A DNA stretch of 63,777 bases, the filler included. It is 8 parts of 8 records of this genome, joined end to end, with 100 filler letters (N's around TTAATTAATTAA, not from the genome) between each part and the next. Parts side by side here need not be neighbours in the genome. Positions count along the whole stretch, not along the records: positions 58,144 to 63,777 come from SRR31156797_4937; 7 more parts are not named here. One strand, 5' to 3'. Positions within the stretch are counted from its first letter, which is position 1. Each line of letters begins with the position of its first letter. The position numbers and the translations under genes are program-made. Below the pieces are notes generated by a model, which was given only the letters and a program-made list of their open reading frames with translations, was not told where the DNA came from and did no database searches. Shown in pieces: positions 62,196-63,777 of this stretch.

Positions 62196-62915
62196 ATGAA
62201 GATCGGCGAACTTGCAAAAAAATCCGGCGTTCCCAAGGAAACAATACACTCGTATATTCGATGCGGCCTTTTGCGCAAGCCCCATAAGTGCGGGGTCAAC
62301 CAGGCCAGTTATACTGAAAACCACCTGGAACAGCTTTTATTGATTAAAGACCTGCGCGAGAATTTTTTCCTGCCGATTTCCGAAATCAAGGAAATACTCA
62401 AAGGGAGAAAAAAACAGACGCCTTCCGAACGGGCTGTATCAACTTTTAGAAGCAAATATTTCAGGCCAATGGATCAACTGGCGCCCCAGGAAGTTGTGGG
62501 CCGCGAGAAACTTGGCGAAGCAACGGGCATGGGCATGAAATGGATTCTCAAGATGGAAGAATGGGGCGTTCTTACGCCTCGCTTCAGGGGGGAGGATCCT
62601 GTTTATACCCGGGATGACGTGGTCTTGAGCCGTCTGATGGTTGATGTGGACCGTCTCGGTTACGGACCGAACGACGGGTACGATCCTGAAGATTTAAGAC
62701 AGATAACAGATTTTATTAGGTCTTTTGTCGATTCCGGACAGAATAAATATTTGGCTGTGGATGCGGAAAAAACCGCTGGAAGGGATGTTTGGGAAGTAAA
62801 AAGCCGGATCACCGAAGTGATGAGCCTTTTCTTTTATCATTCTTACAGAAAACTGGTCCGACAGAATTATGAACGTCTGTCGGAAGAACAGCAGGACAAA
62901 TCCGAAGAGCAATAA
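62196..62915 (+). CDS. MerR-family transcriptional regulator
   Basis: MKIGELAKKSGVPKETIHSY...GLL; second HTH-like segment; no B12-binding motif. Confidence 0.88.
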   Translation: MKIGELAKKSGVPKETIHSYIRCGLLRKPHKCGVNQASYTENHLEQLLLIKDLRENFFLPISEIKEILKGRKKQTPSERAVSTFRSKYFRPMDQLAPQEVVGREKLGEATGMGMKWILKMEEWGVLTPRFRGEDPVYTRDDVVLSRLMVDVDRLGYGPNDGYDPEDLRQITDFIRSFVDSGQNKYLAVDAEKTAGRDVWEVKSRITEVMSLFFYHSYRKLVRQNYERLSEEQQDKSEEQ

Positions 62916-62937
62916 TCAATCGGTCAGGGAGCAGATA

Positions 62938-63777
62938 ATGGAATTCTTTTTTAAACCCGGGGGCGTAGCCCTTATCGGAGCAACCAGCAACAAAATGAAG
63001 GGCGGATTCGCCATTCTTAAAAATATGATGATGGGTTACAAAGGCGGTATATATCCGGTCAATCCCCGTTACGATGAAATAGCAGGCCTTAAGTGCTATG
63101 ACTCGATTGCGGAAGTTCCGGATCCCGTGGATATGGCCATCGTGTTCACGCCCGCGGCCGGAGTTCCCCAGCTTATCAGGGATTGCGGCGCCAGGGGTAT
63201 AAAAGGCGTAATGGTGCAATCCGCCGGCTTTGCCGAAGCGGACGATAACGGCGTCCAATTGCAGGAGGAATTGAAGAAGGCAGGTCGTGAAGCCGGGGTG
63301 CGCCTTTGGGGGCCGAACTGCATGGGGCTTTTTGACGCGGCCCATGAAACGGTCTTTTCTTTCGTCAATCCAATTGTGTGGAAAGACGGGCTTATTTCTG
63401 GAAAAGTTTCTTTGATCGTGCAAAGCGGGATGCTGGCGGCAGGCTTTATTATGGATGTCATGACCCATGGGACCATGGGGCTGTCCAAAGCCTGTTCCAT
63501 CGGCAACAAGGTCGACGTTAATGAATGCGATTTACTGGAATACCTGATCCAGGATCCGGATACGGACGTTATCGGCATGTATTTGGAATCCATTCCCGAA
63601 GGCCGGCGTTTCATTGATTTATGCCGAAGTTCAAATAAAAAAATCGTGGCCCTGAAAGGCGGCAAGAGCGCTAAAGGCGCCCAGGCGGCCATGAGTCACA
63701 CCGCCAGCATGGCCGGCGACGGCGCCGTTATCGGCGGAGCATTGGCCCAGGCCGGCGTTATTGAGGTCGATGATTTC
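62938..63777 (+). CDS. ADP-forming acyl-CoA synthetase/acetate-CoA ligase family protein (3' truncated)
   Basis: Manual translation MEFFFKPGGVALIGAT...IYPVNP...SAGFAE...GPNCMG...QSG...SIGNKVDV...SHTASMAG; missed by ORF track because it has no stop. Confidence 0.92.
   Translation, partial: MEFFFKPGGVALIGATSNKMKGGFAILKNMMMGYKGGIYPVNPRYDEIAGLKCYDSIAEVPDPVDMAIVFTPAAGVPQLIRDCGARGIKGVMVQSAGFAEADDNGVQLQEELKKAGREAGVRLWGPNCMGLFDAAHETVFSFVNPIVWKDGLISGKVSLIVQSGMLAAGFIMDVMTHGTMGLSKACSIGNKVDVNECDLLEYLIQDPDTDVIGMYLESIPEGRRFIDLCRSSNKKIVALKGGKSAKGAQAAMSHTASMAGDGAVIGGALAQAGVIEVDDF

Noticed and set aside
61029-62915. DUF523-DUF1722 plus MerR as a LitR/CarH light-sensing module
   Set aside because: The MerR has no cobalamin-binding domain, has its own promoter and is linked to an acyl-CoA ligase; no photolyase is present

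Overview
This window is not one locus. It is eight unrelated metagenomic contigs joined by 100-nt artificial linkers (N-runs around TTAATTAATTAA), so no synteny should be read across the linkers. (1) 1-7270: Bacteroidota S10/spc ribosomal protein operon, rplP to rpmJ, including secY, map and infA. (2) 7371-13999: Desulfobacterota-like; hybrid histidine kinase, YfcC transporter, REC-TPR protein, lipoprotein. (3) 14100-19387: Desulfobacterota-like; MCP, bacterioferritin, exported MsrAB, SlyD-like FKBP, FlhG/MinD. (4) 19488-33920: Bacteroidota beta-1,4-galactan PUL (SusE/D/C, GH2, GH53, HTCS) plus a ricin-lectin/HEXXH lipoprotein. (5) 34021-43226: spirochaete-like sugar ABC operon with a UroD/MtaA-family enzyme, a deletion relic of a second one, a GH38 alpha-mannosidase and an odd small-ORF leader region. 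(6) 43327-51795: Bacteroidota; CCC-type permease, CorA, LRR-T9SS protein, MscS, cadherin-like surface protein. (7) 51896-58043: GC-rich operon of divergent CcsA and ResB-like heme-handling proteins, a FecCD/Btu-type ABC importer and a radical SAM/SPASM enzyme, the best candidate for an undescribed system. (8) 58144-63777: Desulfobacterota-like; structured non-coding fragment, REP, MsrAB, OprD porin, DUF523-DUF1722 fusion, MerR regulator, acyl-CoA ligase. I found no rRNA, tRNA, CRISPR array or transposase. Taxonomy and family calls come from motif recognition only; no searches were run.
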